The notes beneath the pieces were generated by a model. It saw nothing but the letters and a program-made list of their open reading frames with translations, made no database searches and was not told the origin of the DNA. Shown here piece after piece: positions 34,901 through 43,139 of a DNA stretch of 64,000 bases (the first letter of the stretch is position 1; every line of letters starts with the position of its first letter). Origin of the DNA: a virus. The position numbers were made by a program, and so were the translations under genes. The DNA is taken from positions 25,049-89,048 of the IMG/VR virus record IMGVR_UViG_3300050821_007764; one strand, 5' to 3'.

Positions 34901-35050
34901 GTCGGAAGGGCCGGGGTACAGAATCCGGTTACTTCATTTGAATGATAATCAAAGGTTATGGGTTCGAGTCCCATCGGGTCCACTTGTGGGCCTGTAGCTC
35001 AATTGGCAGAGAAACGTGCCCGGTTTCGCTTTGATATCGTCCCTTCCGTC
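34901..35050 (+). ncRNA. Y RNA 1 (YrlA-like), permuted tRNA with Ile-GAU anticodon hairpin
   Basis: Outer stem CGGAAGGG/CCCTTCCG; GGGGTACAG..CGGTTACTTC..TTGATATC scaffold; TTTGA-ATGATAA-TCAAA, T arm, closed acceptor, D arm. Confidence 0.85.
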
Positions 35051-35062
35051 ACAGACTTCCTC

Positions 35063-35195
35063 TCAGGTGTACAGGTAGCGGTTACTTCCCTCTGCAAAAG
35101 GAGAGACGCGGGTTCGAATCCCGTCCGGCCCTCTACGGGTCGGTTGCGTAGCGGCCTAACGCGCTTAATGTTCCTGCTTCCGCTTTGAAATCTGA
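35063..35195 (+). ncRNA. Y RNA 2 (YrlA-like), permuted tRNA with Cys-GCA anticodon loop
   Basis: GGTGTACAG..CGGTTACTTC..TTGAAATC scaffold; CCT-CTGCAAA-AGG, T arm, CCGGCCC/GGGTCGG, D arm. Confidence 0.85.
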
Positions 35196-35213
35196 CTGGC
35201 ACAACTTCATACA

Positions 35214-35354
35214 CTGCCTGGTGTACAGGAGACGGTTACTTCCCCTTTGGAGGGAGAGGTCGCGGGTTCAAGTCCCGCCTGGCTGGGGAAACCGGCCGGT
35301 AGCTCAGTTGGTTAGAGCGCTCACGTTCCCGTCCCCGCTTTTGAAATCAGGCAG
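35214..35354 (+). ncRNA. Y RNA 3 (YrlA-like), permuted tRNA with Gln-UUG anticodon hairpin
   Basis: CTGCCTG/CAGGCAG outer stem; same scaffold; TTCCC-CTTTGGA-GGGAG, T arm, closed acceptor, D arm. Confidence 0.85.
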
Positions 35355-35357
35355 GTT

Positions 35358-35467
35358 GCAGGAGCCGCTTCCGGTGTACTGCACGCGGATACTTCACCTT
35401 TGTTTCTGGTACAAAATAGTGAGAGTCTTCCCCCCGCGTGTGCTTCGATATCGGAGACGGCTCCTGC
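35358..35467 (+). ncRNA. Y RNA 4, no T/D arms, isolated Gln-CUG anticodon hairpin
   Basis: GCAGGAGCCG/CGGCTCCTGC outer stem; GGTGTAC..CGGATACTTC..TCGATATC; TTTGT-TTCTGGT-ACAAA. Confidence 0.8.
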
Positions 35468-35505
35468 TTGATATCGGCACCCACCGGTGTAGGAAAGGAA
35501 CAGAG

Positions 35506-37245
35506 ATGGCCCGCTACAACATCCAGAAGCCCCCGCGCACCCAGGTCCAGGGCGGCTCCGCATACCCCGCCAAGGGCACCAGCAGCCAGCAGGCCACCGC
35601 CGTCAACGGTGAGGGCCGCACCGCATGGCTGATGGACGAGAAAACCGGGCTCTACCTCGGGGCCACCTCGGCGTTCGCCGGACAGGACACCTTCTACGAG
35701 AAGGGTGCCGAGCGCGACGAACGCCTCATCGCCTTGGCGCACAAGCTCGCCGTCGAGGACTTCGCGTGGACCTACGACTTCCTGGTCTGGCTGCGCTCCG
35801 AGGGCAATATGCGCACCGCCCCGATCATGCTCGCTGTTGAGGTTGTCCGTGCACGCATTGCCGCCAGGGAATACGGCGCTGCCGGGTCCCGTGTACCAGA
35901 GCCGGGATCTGGCCAAGTCGCCATGACCAACCGTCGGCTCATCGATGCCGTCCTCCAGCGCGCGGACGAGCCCGGTGAAATGCTGGCCTACTGCGAGAAC
36001 ATCCACGGACGCCCCACGCCGAAAGCCATCAAGCGCGGTGCCGCTGACGCGGTTGCGCGCCTGTACAACGAGCGGAACTTCCTGCGCTACAACAGCGAGA
36101 CCAAGGCGCTGGGGTTCGGTGCCGTGATCGAGCTCGCGCAGATGGACCGCATTCCCGGCTGGCAGGGCGACCTGTTCCGGTACGCCATCGACATGCAGCA
36201 CGGCAACGCCAAGGAGATCCCGGACAGCCTGACCGCCCTCCGGGCCCGTGACGCGGTCAACAAGATGACGCCCCAGGAACGGCACAACACTGCCCGCCGC
36301 GAGCTGGCAGCACCCGGCTCAACGGTGCTCACGTCCGCGATGGCAGGACAGTGGGAGTGGCTCCACTCGGCACTCGGTGACACGAAGGGCGTCAAGGGCG
36401 CGCTGACCAAGAAAGAGCAGTGGGAGCTCGTTGCCCCGCAGATGGGCATCGGCGCTGTCGTCAAGAACCTGCGCAACCTGGACGAGGCCGGTTTCCGTAC
36501 AGGCGATCCGGTGGTTACGCGTTTCTGCGAGCGTCTCGGCAACGAGCAGCAGATCGCACGCTCCCGCATGTTCCCGTTTCGGTTCTTCACGGCCTACCTG
36601 ATGCTAAACAGCGTCACGTGGTCCGCAGCGCTGGAACAGGCCGCCAACCACTCCCTGGCCAGCATCCCCGACCTGCCCGGCCGCACGCTGGTCCTGGTGG
36701 ACACCTCGGACTCCATGAACAGCAAGGTGTCCAAGGACTCCGTCATGACCTACATGAAGGCCGCCGCGCTGTTCGGCACCGCCTTGAAGATCAAGAGCCC
36801 GGACCGGGTCGATCTCTGGGGCTTCGCCGACGGCCAGTTCCGCGCGGACGCGGGCCACGGGTACAGCCTGCTGCGGTGTGCCGAGGACTTCACCAAGCAG
36901 TCCGGCATTGTCGGCCACGGCACCGCCATGGAGGCCGCCATTCGGGCCACCTACGACAAGCACGACCGGGTGATCATTCTGTCGGACATGCAGGCGTTTC
37001 CCGACGAGTCCACGCTGAGCGGTTGGCCGTACCGGAACTACTACGCCCCCGGCGGAGCCATTGGCGACGTCGCCGCAGCGGTCCCGGTCAAGGTCCCTGT
37101 GTACGGATTCCACCTGGCGGCCGGAAAGACCACGCCGCTCGGAAAGGGCAACCGGCACAGCCTGGGCGGCCTGTCGGACGCATCCTTCAAGCAGATCGGT
37201 CAGCTGGAAAAGCTGGGTGTCGGTTCCTGGCCCTGGCAGTCCTGA
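35506..37245 (+). CDS. rsr: Ro60/Rsr TROVE-domain RNA-binding protein with C-terminal vWA
   Basis: DTFYEKG..RDER; WLRSEGNMRTAP; QRADEPGE; KNLRNLDEAG; SRMFPFRF; TLVLVDTSDSM; DRVIILSDMQ. Confidence 0.95.
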   Translation: MARYNIQKPPRTQVQGGSAYPAKGTSSQQATAVNGEGRTAWLMDEKTGLYLGATSAFAGQDTFYEKGAERDERLIALAHKLAVEDFAWTYDFLVWLRSEGNMRTAPIMLAVEVVRARIAAREYGAAGSRVPEPGSGQVAMTNRRLIDAVLQRADEPGEMLAYCENIHGRPTPKAIKRGAADAVARLYNERNFLRYNSETKALGFGAVIELAQMDRIPGWQGDLFRYAIDMQHGNAKEIPDSLTALRARDAVNKMTPQERHNTARRELAAPGSTVLTSAMAGQWEWLHSALGDTKGVKGALTKKEQWELVAPQMGIGAVVKNLRNLDEAGFRTGDPVVTRFCERLGNEQQIARSRMFPFRFFTAYLMLNSVTWSAALEQAANHSLASIPDLPGRTLVLVDTSDSMNSKVSKDSVMTYMKAAALFGTALKIKSPDRVDLWGFADGQFRADAGHGYSLLRCAEDFTKQSGIVGHGTAMEAAIRATYDKHDRVIILSDMQAFPDESTLSGWPYRNYYAPGGAIGDVAAAVPVKVPVYGFHLAAGKTTPLGKGNRHSLGGLSDASFKQIGQLEKLGVGSWPWQS

Positions 37246-37252
37246 AACGCAA

Positions 37253-37289
37253 ACAAGAGCCCCGCTCCGGAAAGGAGCGGGGCTCTTGT
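37253..37289. terminator. bidirectional hairpin terminator between the converging arms
   Basis: ACAAGAGCCCCGCTCC/GGAGCGGGGCTCTTGT 16-bp stem. Confidence 0.75.
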
Positions 37290-37298
37290 GCATACAGG

Positions 37299-38126
37299 CT
37301 ACTTACCGGCAACCAGGGAGTCGTACTGGACCTTGCTGATCGTGCAGCTCTTCAGGCCCAGCTTCTGGAACTCCACCAGATCAGCGTCGTCCATGACGTG
37401 CCGCAGGGTTCCGGCGCTGGTGAGCAGGAACGTGCCCGGCCAAGTCTTCGGGTCGGGGTATTCGGCGCGGTTGACGGTGACGAGGTACATGGTTTCCTCC
37501 ACAGGAAGAACGACAGGGGGGACGACGACCGGCGGAACCGGCTTCGTTGGCGGAGTCACGGCAACCGGACGCGGAACCTGCCCGAAGTCCGGCACCTCGC
37601 TGTAATCGAGATCCGAACCGCCGGACAGGACCGTTCCACCAGGCTGACGGATCGTGGCGTACGAGGCCCAGATCCCGCCGCTCCAGGCGACGGTCTGCCA
37701 CAGGTACTTGATGCCGATGGAATGCGCGCCCTCAATGACGTGCAGACCGCCATAGGTGCCCGTACGGCTCAGGCCCAGGACCGAGATGACGCCTTCGAAG
37801 TACAGGGCCACAGATGCCCAGGAGGTGTCCTCGTCCACGGCGAAATGGATGGGGGCAGTTGCTGGCAGCCCTACAGCGGCCCGCTGGGCGTCTGCCGCAC
37901 GGGCATCCGCAATACCGGCTGCACGGCCCTGTGTGGCACGGCCGGTGGTGGTCTCCCACACGGAGACGATGCCGAGTCCGGCGGCGAGGTACGCGCTGAC
38001 CAGAGAGTGGGTGAGGTTCTTGGTGGAATCATTGGAGAAGTACCCGGCACCCCAGTGCGCCCCGACGGCTTTCGCCTCGGCGGGGGACGGCTTGGACCAG
38101 GCGAAGTCGATACCCTCAACTGCCAT
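37299..38126 (-). CDS. endolysin, DUF1906/Rv2525c-like glycoside hydrolase
   Basis: GIDFAW; KNLT; IVSVWET; PIHFAVD; TGTYGG; WQTVAWSGG; position at the end of the virion arm. Confidence 0.85.
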   Translation of the reverse strand: MAVEGIDFAWSKPSPAEAKAVGAHWGAGYFSNDSTKNLTHSLVSAYLAAGLGIVSVWETTTGRATQGRAAGIADARAADAQRAAVGLPATAPIHFAVDEDTSWASVALYFEGVISVLGLSRTGTYGGLHVIEGAHSIGIKYLWQTVAWSGGIWASYATIRQPGGTVLSGGSDLDYSEVPDFGQVPRPVAVTPPTKPVPPVVVPPVVLPVEETMYLVTVNRAEYPDPKTWPGTFLLTSAGTLRHVMDDADLVEFQKLGLKSCTISKVQYDSLVAGK

Positions 38127-38403
38127 CGGAGCCCCCTTCCGTCTTGCTGGTGATATGGTCCTTCATTTCCTCGTGCCGGTCGACCTGCCGTTTCTCGGAA
38201 CGCTTCTGCTCGGAGAGGACGAGCAAAGATACAGTAGCGGAGATGATGTTGGTGTAATTTCCACCAATGAGTTCGAACTTCTGGTTGGAGCCACTGAACA
38301 GGAGGGTGACGCCGAGGCAGAGGATGGCGAGGATGTGCCACCGGTTGATCGCACCCAGTTCGACCTTGGTCAGGAGCTTGTCCACGATTTCGGGAAGCTT
38401 CAC
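38116..38403 (-). CDS. holin-like membrane protein
   Basis: Two hydrophobic segments and a charged C-terminus; adjacent to the lysin. Confidence 0.55.
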   Translation of the reverse strand: MKLPEIVDKLLTKVELGAINRWHILAILCLGVTLLFSGSNQKFELIGGNYTNIISATVSLLVLSEQKRSEKRQVDRHEEMKDHITSKTEGGSDGS

Positions 38404-38840
38404 GTGATCAGTCCTTTAACGAAGTGCTGTCCTTCGAAATCACTCGCAGATGCGACGTGCGCTCCTCCGTGACCTCTGTGGTGAAACAGGCAGAGCCACT
38501 CAAGATTGGATGCGGATTCCACCCAGGCTCCCAGCTCGTCCGGGTTGGAAACTCCCGGGTACTGATTCTCCAGTAGAGTCAGGTCCACACCGTTCTGAAG
38601 CGCCCATTCAATATGCGTGTGATGCAGCTCCAGGGGCTTGTCCAGGGTGCAGTCCGAGGAATCTCCACGGCGCTTGCCTACCGCACATACGTACAGTTCC
38701 GGGTCGGCCTTGGTGCGGCGGTGGAACTCGTTGAAGTCTTTGTAGTGCGGGTCGCCCTCGCGGGTTCCGTGCTCCGGATAATGAATCTCATAGTGACTGG
38801 AGTGCGTCTGGGTGTGCGCCGCCACAACTTTGTCCGTCAT
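38400..38840 (-). CDS. HNH-like protein in the lysis cassette
   Basis: LELHHTHIE...NLEWLCLFHHRG..GAH. Confidence 0.6.
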   Translation of the reverse strand: MTDKVVAAHTQTHSSHYEIHYPEHGTREGDPHYKDFNEFHRRTKADPELYVCAVGKRRGDSSDCTLDKPLELHHTHIEWALQNGVDLTLLENQYPGVSNPDELGAWVESASNLEWLCLFHHRGHGGAHVASASDFEGQHFVKGLIT

Positions 38841-38849
38841 GGTCTCTCC

Positions 38850-39158
38850 TTACTTCACCGGGTGCAGCCACGCGAGTAGGGCGAGGCCGACCAGGGCGAT
38901 AGAGGTGAGGAACGGCCAGATGAAGCGGTGCCACTCCTTGGTCTCAGCGACGACCAGCTTCTGTGCATTGACGTGAGTCTCAACGGCGGTGATACGGCTG
39001 CTCTCTATTTCGATGCGGTGGATGAGCTCCACCACCTCGGTTCGGTCCGCCTTTGCGTCCAGCTTTCCTTCCAGGCGTCCGAGGGATCCGCGAATGTCGT
39101 TCAGGAGTTCTTTCACCGTGTACGAGATGGATGCGGCGTCGTCACTGTGCTCTGGCAT
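38850..39158 (-). CDS. coiled-coil protein with C-terminal TM helix (lysis-associated)
   Basis: RLEGKLDAKAD coiled coil; terminal hydrophobic helix. Confidence 0.6.
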   Translation of the reverse strand: MPEHSDDAASISYTVKELLNDIRGSLGRLEGKLDAKADRTEVVELIHRIEIESSRITAVETHVNAQKLVVAETKEWHRFIWPFLTSIALVGLALLAWLHPVK

Positions 39159-39213
39159 ACATGCTCCCCTGGGTCCAATGTCGTTGAAGCTTGAATGATG
39201 ATCGCTTCGCACC

Positions 39214-39242
39214 ATGGTAAGTGCCGCGCCGCTCATGATCAA
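39214..39242 (-). promoter_or_regulatory. promoter for the lysis cassette
   Basis: TTGATC-17-TACCAT on the minus strand. Confidence 0.5.
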
Positions 39243-39279
39243 CAGACCTCATCCCGTAGACGAACCAACCCGACTGTCA

Positions 39280-41604
39280 TCAGTTCAGCTGTGTCACCCC
39301 GACCGGCGGCCACGGAGACCCGCTGGTGGGGTAGTTCACCGTGGCGGCCGACGAGAACGAGCCCACGCACTCCGGCGAGACCACCACGAAGCAGTCCGAG
39401 ATGTACAGCAGGTTCGTCGCACCCGGCGAGGCGTTCTCCGTCGGCAGCACCTGCCCGAACGCCGCAGTAGCCGGAGCTACCGCGTACGTCTGGACGTGGG
39501 TCCAGGTATTCGCCGCCAGGCTTACCGTCGACCCGCCGGTGGTGCTGATGTAGGTGCCGTTCCTGGTGAACCAGTTGATGTTCAGGGAGAAGTTCGCCCA
39601 CCCGGTCGGGGAGAAGAACCAGCCGTCGGCCAGGTACCACTGCGAGGCCCCGTAGAAGGGTCCGCCGCCCTGGGAGACGGGGAACTCCTCCGAGGCGATG
39701 TACGCCTGCGTGAAACCCCCTGTCGGGGTGAGCAGCCCGGAGAACGGGAAACCGCCGTGCGTCTGCGCGTTGGACTGGGTGAGCACGCCGTGCGTCGCGG
39801 TCCACGGGGTCACGCCAGAGGTGAAGGTGGGGTTGGAGTTCAAGGGGTTGTTGGGCTCGGTCGTGGTGTCGGTCTGCCCGATCAGGAGATTGGTGACCGC
39901 GTTGTATTCCATGGTCGACCAGCGCTGATTCACGTTGTACAAACCCACGTCGTCCACGAGATGACGGACATTCGGGTTTGTCGACACATTGTTGTACACC
40001 GTGATGGGGATCGAATACCCGGTGATCGTCGTCCACGTACCACTGTGTCTCGGACTGCTCTTCGCGGCATTCGGCAGTGCCGGACCGTTCAGTAGGCCGA
40101 ACGCCAGGTAGTCAGAATCGGTACCCTGCTGGTTCTGCTGGAGTACCACGTGGTACGTGTTGCCGTTGATCAGCCCGGTGGCATTCAGGGGCACGGACAG
40201 CAGTGGCACGGACAGCAGTGTCGACGACTCTGTCTGCGGTGGCAGGGCGTTCAAGTCCACAGCGACGATGTCGTAAGAGCCGTTGCCGAGGCCGAAAGCA
40301 AATACAGGGAAGAATCTGGTCCCGTTCCAGTTCGAGGACACCCAGGTATCACTGGGGCCGTCCGCCGTGACGCTGAGGGCAGTGACAGTGCTCAGGGACG
40401 AACCACCCGTGGTTGCACCGCCGATGATGACGATCAGGTCGTCCGCGATAGCCAGGTCGAATCCTGGGCCGAATGCCTGGTTCGGGGCTGGAAGGGAGGG
40501 CCCGTTCTGCCATGGTCCGAGTGAACCGTCAGCGTTGATGACGGCATAGTAGACGGCACCCACTACTACCAGGCTGTTGTTGAGGCCCCCGAGTACGAAC
40601 AGGAAACCGTTGACCGCTGCGACGTAGATGTTACTGAGTGCAACGGGGAGTGACGGTCCGCTTGTCCATGCGTTGATCTGTCCGTTGGTAACCGCAGAGT
40701 AGTAAACGGTGGCAAGGTTGTTGCTGCCGTTCTCGCCGCCGAGGTAGTAGACGAACCCATTGTACCCAGCAGCACCCCCGAACTGGCTGATCCCCGGCAG
40801 AGACGTCTGTGCGCTCCAGCTGCCGACGATGCCCGTGTTGCTGTCCCAGCTGGCCGACCAGACCGCAGCTACGGGTGTGCTGCCTGTGGCCCCGATGCCG
40901 CCACCCATGACGACAAGAGTGTCACTGGCAATCGCGATGGCGGGACCGTTGGTGCCCTGCGGCAGTGCTGGTTGCGGCACGGGTGCTGCCAGGGTTCCCG
41001 CTCCGATGTACTGGAACGTGTTGACTGCCGGTGAGGCGGTTGCGGATGGTGGCTGACCGCCGCCGACCGAGATAATGAAATCGCCTGACGAGGTGAAGGA
41101 CGACAGGACCGAAATACCGCCAGGACCGGCTGTTGGCACGGGGTACAGCTGGGTGTTGACGCCTCCGGTGAGGTATCCGGAGTTGTACTTCGCCGTGGCG
41201 AGCGGGCCGCTGTTTGTGAGCCCTTCTGGGGCGGCGAGTTGTGTGCTGACAGCTGCCGGTACCAAGGTCGATGCGATGGCTCCGGCGGCGGTGTTGGGAT
41301 TTCCGCCGCTGTCGGAATACAGGGACACCAGCATGTCCGCGCCGTTGCCGTTGGGTTGCACGGGAATCGTCACCCGGCTGACAGCGGTGCCGGACAGGAC
41401 GAAGGACTGGTCCAGGTCCAGGGTGTTCCCGTAAGTGACCCAGGTGAAGTTGTTGGTTCCGCCGGGGGTGAGTACCTGGGTGCCGTCATAGATGGCGTTG
41501 ATGCCATGCGTACCGAGGAACTGGTTGACCTGCGATGCCGAGTCAGTGGCATTGAGGTTGCCGGGAAGGCCGTTCTGCGCGGCGGACCATACGGGTGTCG
41601 TCAT
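39280..41604 (-). CDS. minor tail protein with Kelch beta-propeller and C-terminal carbohydrate-binding-like domain
   Basis: Repeated hhhhGG..W..GPSLP Kelch motifs; NSNPTFTSGVTPW CBM-like start. Confidence 0.8.
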   Translation of the reverse strand: MTTPVWSAAQNGLPGNLNATDSASQVNQFLGTHGINAIYDGTQVLTPGGTNNFTWVTYGNTLDLDQSFVLSGTAVSRVTIPVQPNGNGADMLVSLYSDSGGNPNTAAGAIASTLVPAAVSTQLAAPEGLTNSGPLATAKYNSGYLTGGVNTQLYPVPTAGPGGISVLSSFTSSGDFIISVGGGQPPSATASPAVNTFQYIGAGTLAAPVPQPALPQGTNGPAIAIASDTLVVMGGGIGATGSTPVAAVWSASWDSNTGIVGSWSAQTSLPGISQFGGAAGYNGFVYYLGGENGSNNLATVYYSAVTNGQINAWTSGPSLPVALSNIYVAAVNGFLFVLGGLNNSLVVVGAVYYAVINADGSLGPWQNGPSLPAPNQAFGPGFDLAIADDLIVIIGGATTGGSSLSTVTALSVTADGPSDTWVSSNWNGTRFFPVFAFGLGNGSYDIVAVDLNALPPQTESSTLLSVPLLSVPLNATGLINGNTYHVVLQQNQQGTDSDYLAFGLLNGPALPNAAKSSPRHSGTWTTITGYSIPITVYNNVSTNPNVRHLVDDVGLYNVNQRWSTMEYNAVTNLLIGQTDTTTEPNNPLNSNPTFTSGVTPWTATHGVLTQSNAQTHGGFPFSGLLTPTGGFTQAYIASEEFPVSQGGGPFYGASQWYLADGWFFSPTGWANFSLNINWFTRNGTYISTTGGSTVSLAANTWTHVQTYAVAPATAAFGQVLPTENASPGATNLLYISDCFVVVSPECVGSFSSAATVNYPTSGSPWPPVGVTQLN

Positions 41605-41627
41605 CGGGCCTCCTCAGTGTGTCTGGG

Positions 41628-41867
41628 TTAGGTGAAGGCGAGGGGGTTTACTGAGAAATCGACATTATAGGAGACGTAAGTTACTACGTCTTTCTGCATA
41701 GAGAAAGTGGTCCCAGTTGGCCAGGTCATACCGTGTAGGTACGTAGCAATTGCGAGCGCCATGGCATCAGTGACACCATAGGAAGAACTGAGTGTAAAGA
41801 CATTTCCACCGGCGTCCGGGCTCATAATTTCAATGACGTAGTTGGTATAAGTATCGGTGTTACTCAT
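41628..41867 (-). CDS. small virion-associated protein
   Basis: GGAGAG RBS; lower GC. Confidence 0.6.
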   Translation of the reverse strand: MSNTDTYTNYVIEIMSPDAGGNVFTLSSSYGVTDAMALAIATYLHGMTWPTGTTFSMQKDVVTYVSYNVDFSVNPLAFT

Positions 41868-41880
41868 GCTGCTCTCCTTA

Positions 41881-42363
41881 TTAGGCGTGGACCCACTGGA
41901 CGGACAGGGAAGTGAGAAGACTGCTTACAATACCGAGTCCGGGGCTGCCGAGGCCAGAGTTCTGGTCACCAGCAAGCTCGATATAGTCAGTGGAACCATT
42001 GAACTGTATCAAAGCAGCAACCTGCACAACAGTATTAAAGCTCGCCGTCACATTGTTCGTCGTGCTCTGTGCCTGATTAGTTGCGCCGTTCTTGCTCAGC
42101 TGTGCAATGCGAACACCAGTGGCGTTTGCGGCAAAGGCGATCGAGCCATTGACTTCGTACCAGCCAGCTACCTTTGGTGTAACCCTCGTGGGGTTACCGG
42201 CAGCCCAGGCAGTGTAGTTGTCGAATGCCGGTGTCGACCAGATGATCGCCGTCGTTGTGGTATTGAGGATATTTTGGGCGGCCGGAGTATTAACCACCGT
42301 CAGCGGCGTGTTGCGCAGGAACTGAATATTGGCTGCGTTCATGATTTCCAAACTTGATGCCAC
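41881..42363 (-). CDS. minor tail protein (C1q-like jelly roll)
   Basis: PTRVTPKVAGWYEV; FNGSTDYIEL; GTG start overlapping the upstream stop. Confidence 0.65.
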   Translation of the reverse strand: MASSLEIMNAANIQFLRNTPLTVVNTPAAQNILNTTTTAIIWSTPAFDNYTAWAAGNPTRVTPKVAGWYEVNGSIAFAANATGVRIAQLSKNGATNQAQSTTNNVTASFNTVVQVAALIQFNGSTDYIELAGDQNSGLGSPGLGIVSSLLTSLSVQWVHA

Positions 42364-43130
42364 TATGCCACCTTCGTCAACAGACCGTTGGTATAGGTAA
42401 AAGCCCGGTATCCCTGCACATACCCATTGGCACCCTGCGCCACCGTGTACTCGGCGAAACTCGCGTACTGGTTGATCGAGGCCGCCGTAACGTACGTGGA
42501 CGCCGTCCACCGGGCCCCGGAGTCCTCCCAGGTGGCTGTCTCAAGACCGCTCGCAGACTGGTCGAACACGTTGTACCGAAACCCGTATGCCTGTGCCGTC
42601 CACGTGCTGTTGTTCGGCGACGTGGAAGCACCGCTGCCCGAAGCCGACCGGAACCACGTGTAGGCCCCCGTGCTCGCGGTGGATGCCAGTACGAGCCAGT
42701 ACGTCGTCGCCGCAGTCAACCCGGTCACCGGAAGCGGATACACCGTGAACGTATTGGTGTTCCCGTTCGCCGTCGACAGGTACGCATACTCAGCCGTCAG
42801 CGTGACGCTCCCAAGCGCGGCACCCGTGGGAGCGCCTGCACTGTTCGCGTACAAGCTGAGAGTCGTCGGTGTCAGAGAGGCACCCGTCGTGGTCGTGGTG
42901 CTAATGGGGGCCAGCACATAGCCGACTGCCGTCTGGCTGGCCCCCGTGGTGAAAGACTGGGCCAGGTACAAGCCGTTGCTGCTGGTGGTCGTGGCCCCCG
43001 ACGTGACAACGGAAGCCTGGCTTGTAGCCGCGTACAGGTACGTGGTCGGATGCGTGACCAGGAACTGATTGACCTGCTGGGCCAGAGGGAGCTGTCCCGA
43101 GGTGGCTCCGAGCCAATTGGTAGAAGCCAC
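42363..43130 (-). CDS. minor tail protein, paralogue of 45883-46638
   Basis: QVNQFL..H; LAQSF.TG; YNVFDQS; YTNGLLTKVA. Confidence 0.75.
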   Translation of the reverse strand: MASTNWLGATSGQLPLAQQVNQFLVTHPTTYLYAATSQASVVTSGATTTSSNGLYLAQSFTTGASQTAVGYVLAPISTTTTTGASLTPTTLSLYANSAGAPTGAALGSVTLTAEYAYLSTANGNTNTFTVYPLPVTGLTAATTYWLVLASTASTGAYTWFRSASGSGASTSPNNSTWTAQAYGFRYNVFDQSASGLETATWEDSGARWTASTYVTAASINQYASFAEYTVAQGANGYVQGYRAFTYTNGLLTKVA

Positions 43131-43139
43131 TCAGACTCC

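Noticed and set aside
34901-35467. Y RNA repeats as a CRISPR array or as ordinary tRNA genes
   Set aside because: Repeats are degenerate and nested in stems rather than identical direct repeats; arm order is permuted and the acceptor ends are closed by loops
35185-35505. 107-codon N-terminal extension of the Ro60 ORF
   Set aside because: Runs through Y RNAs 3 and 4; the RBS-supported start is ATG 35506
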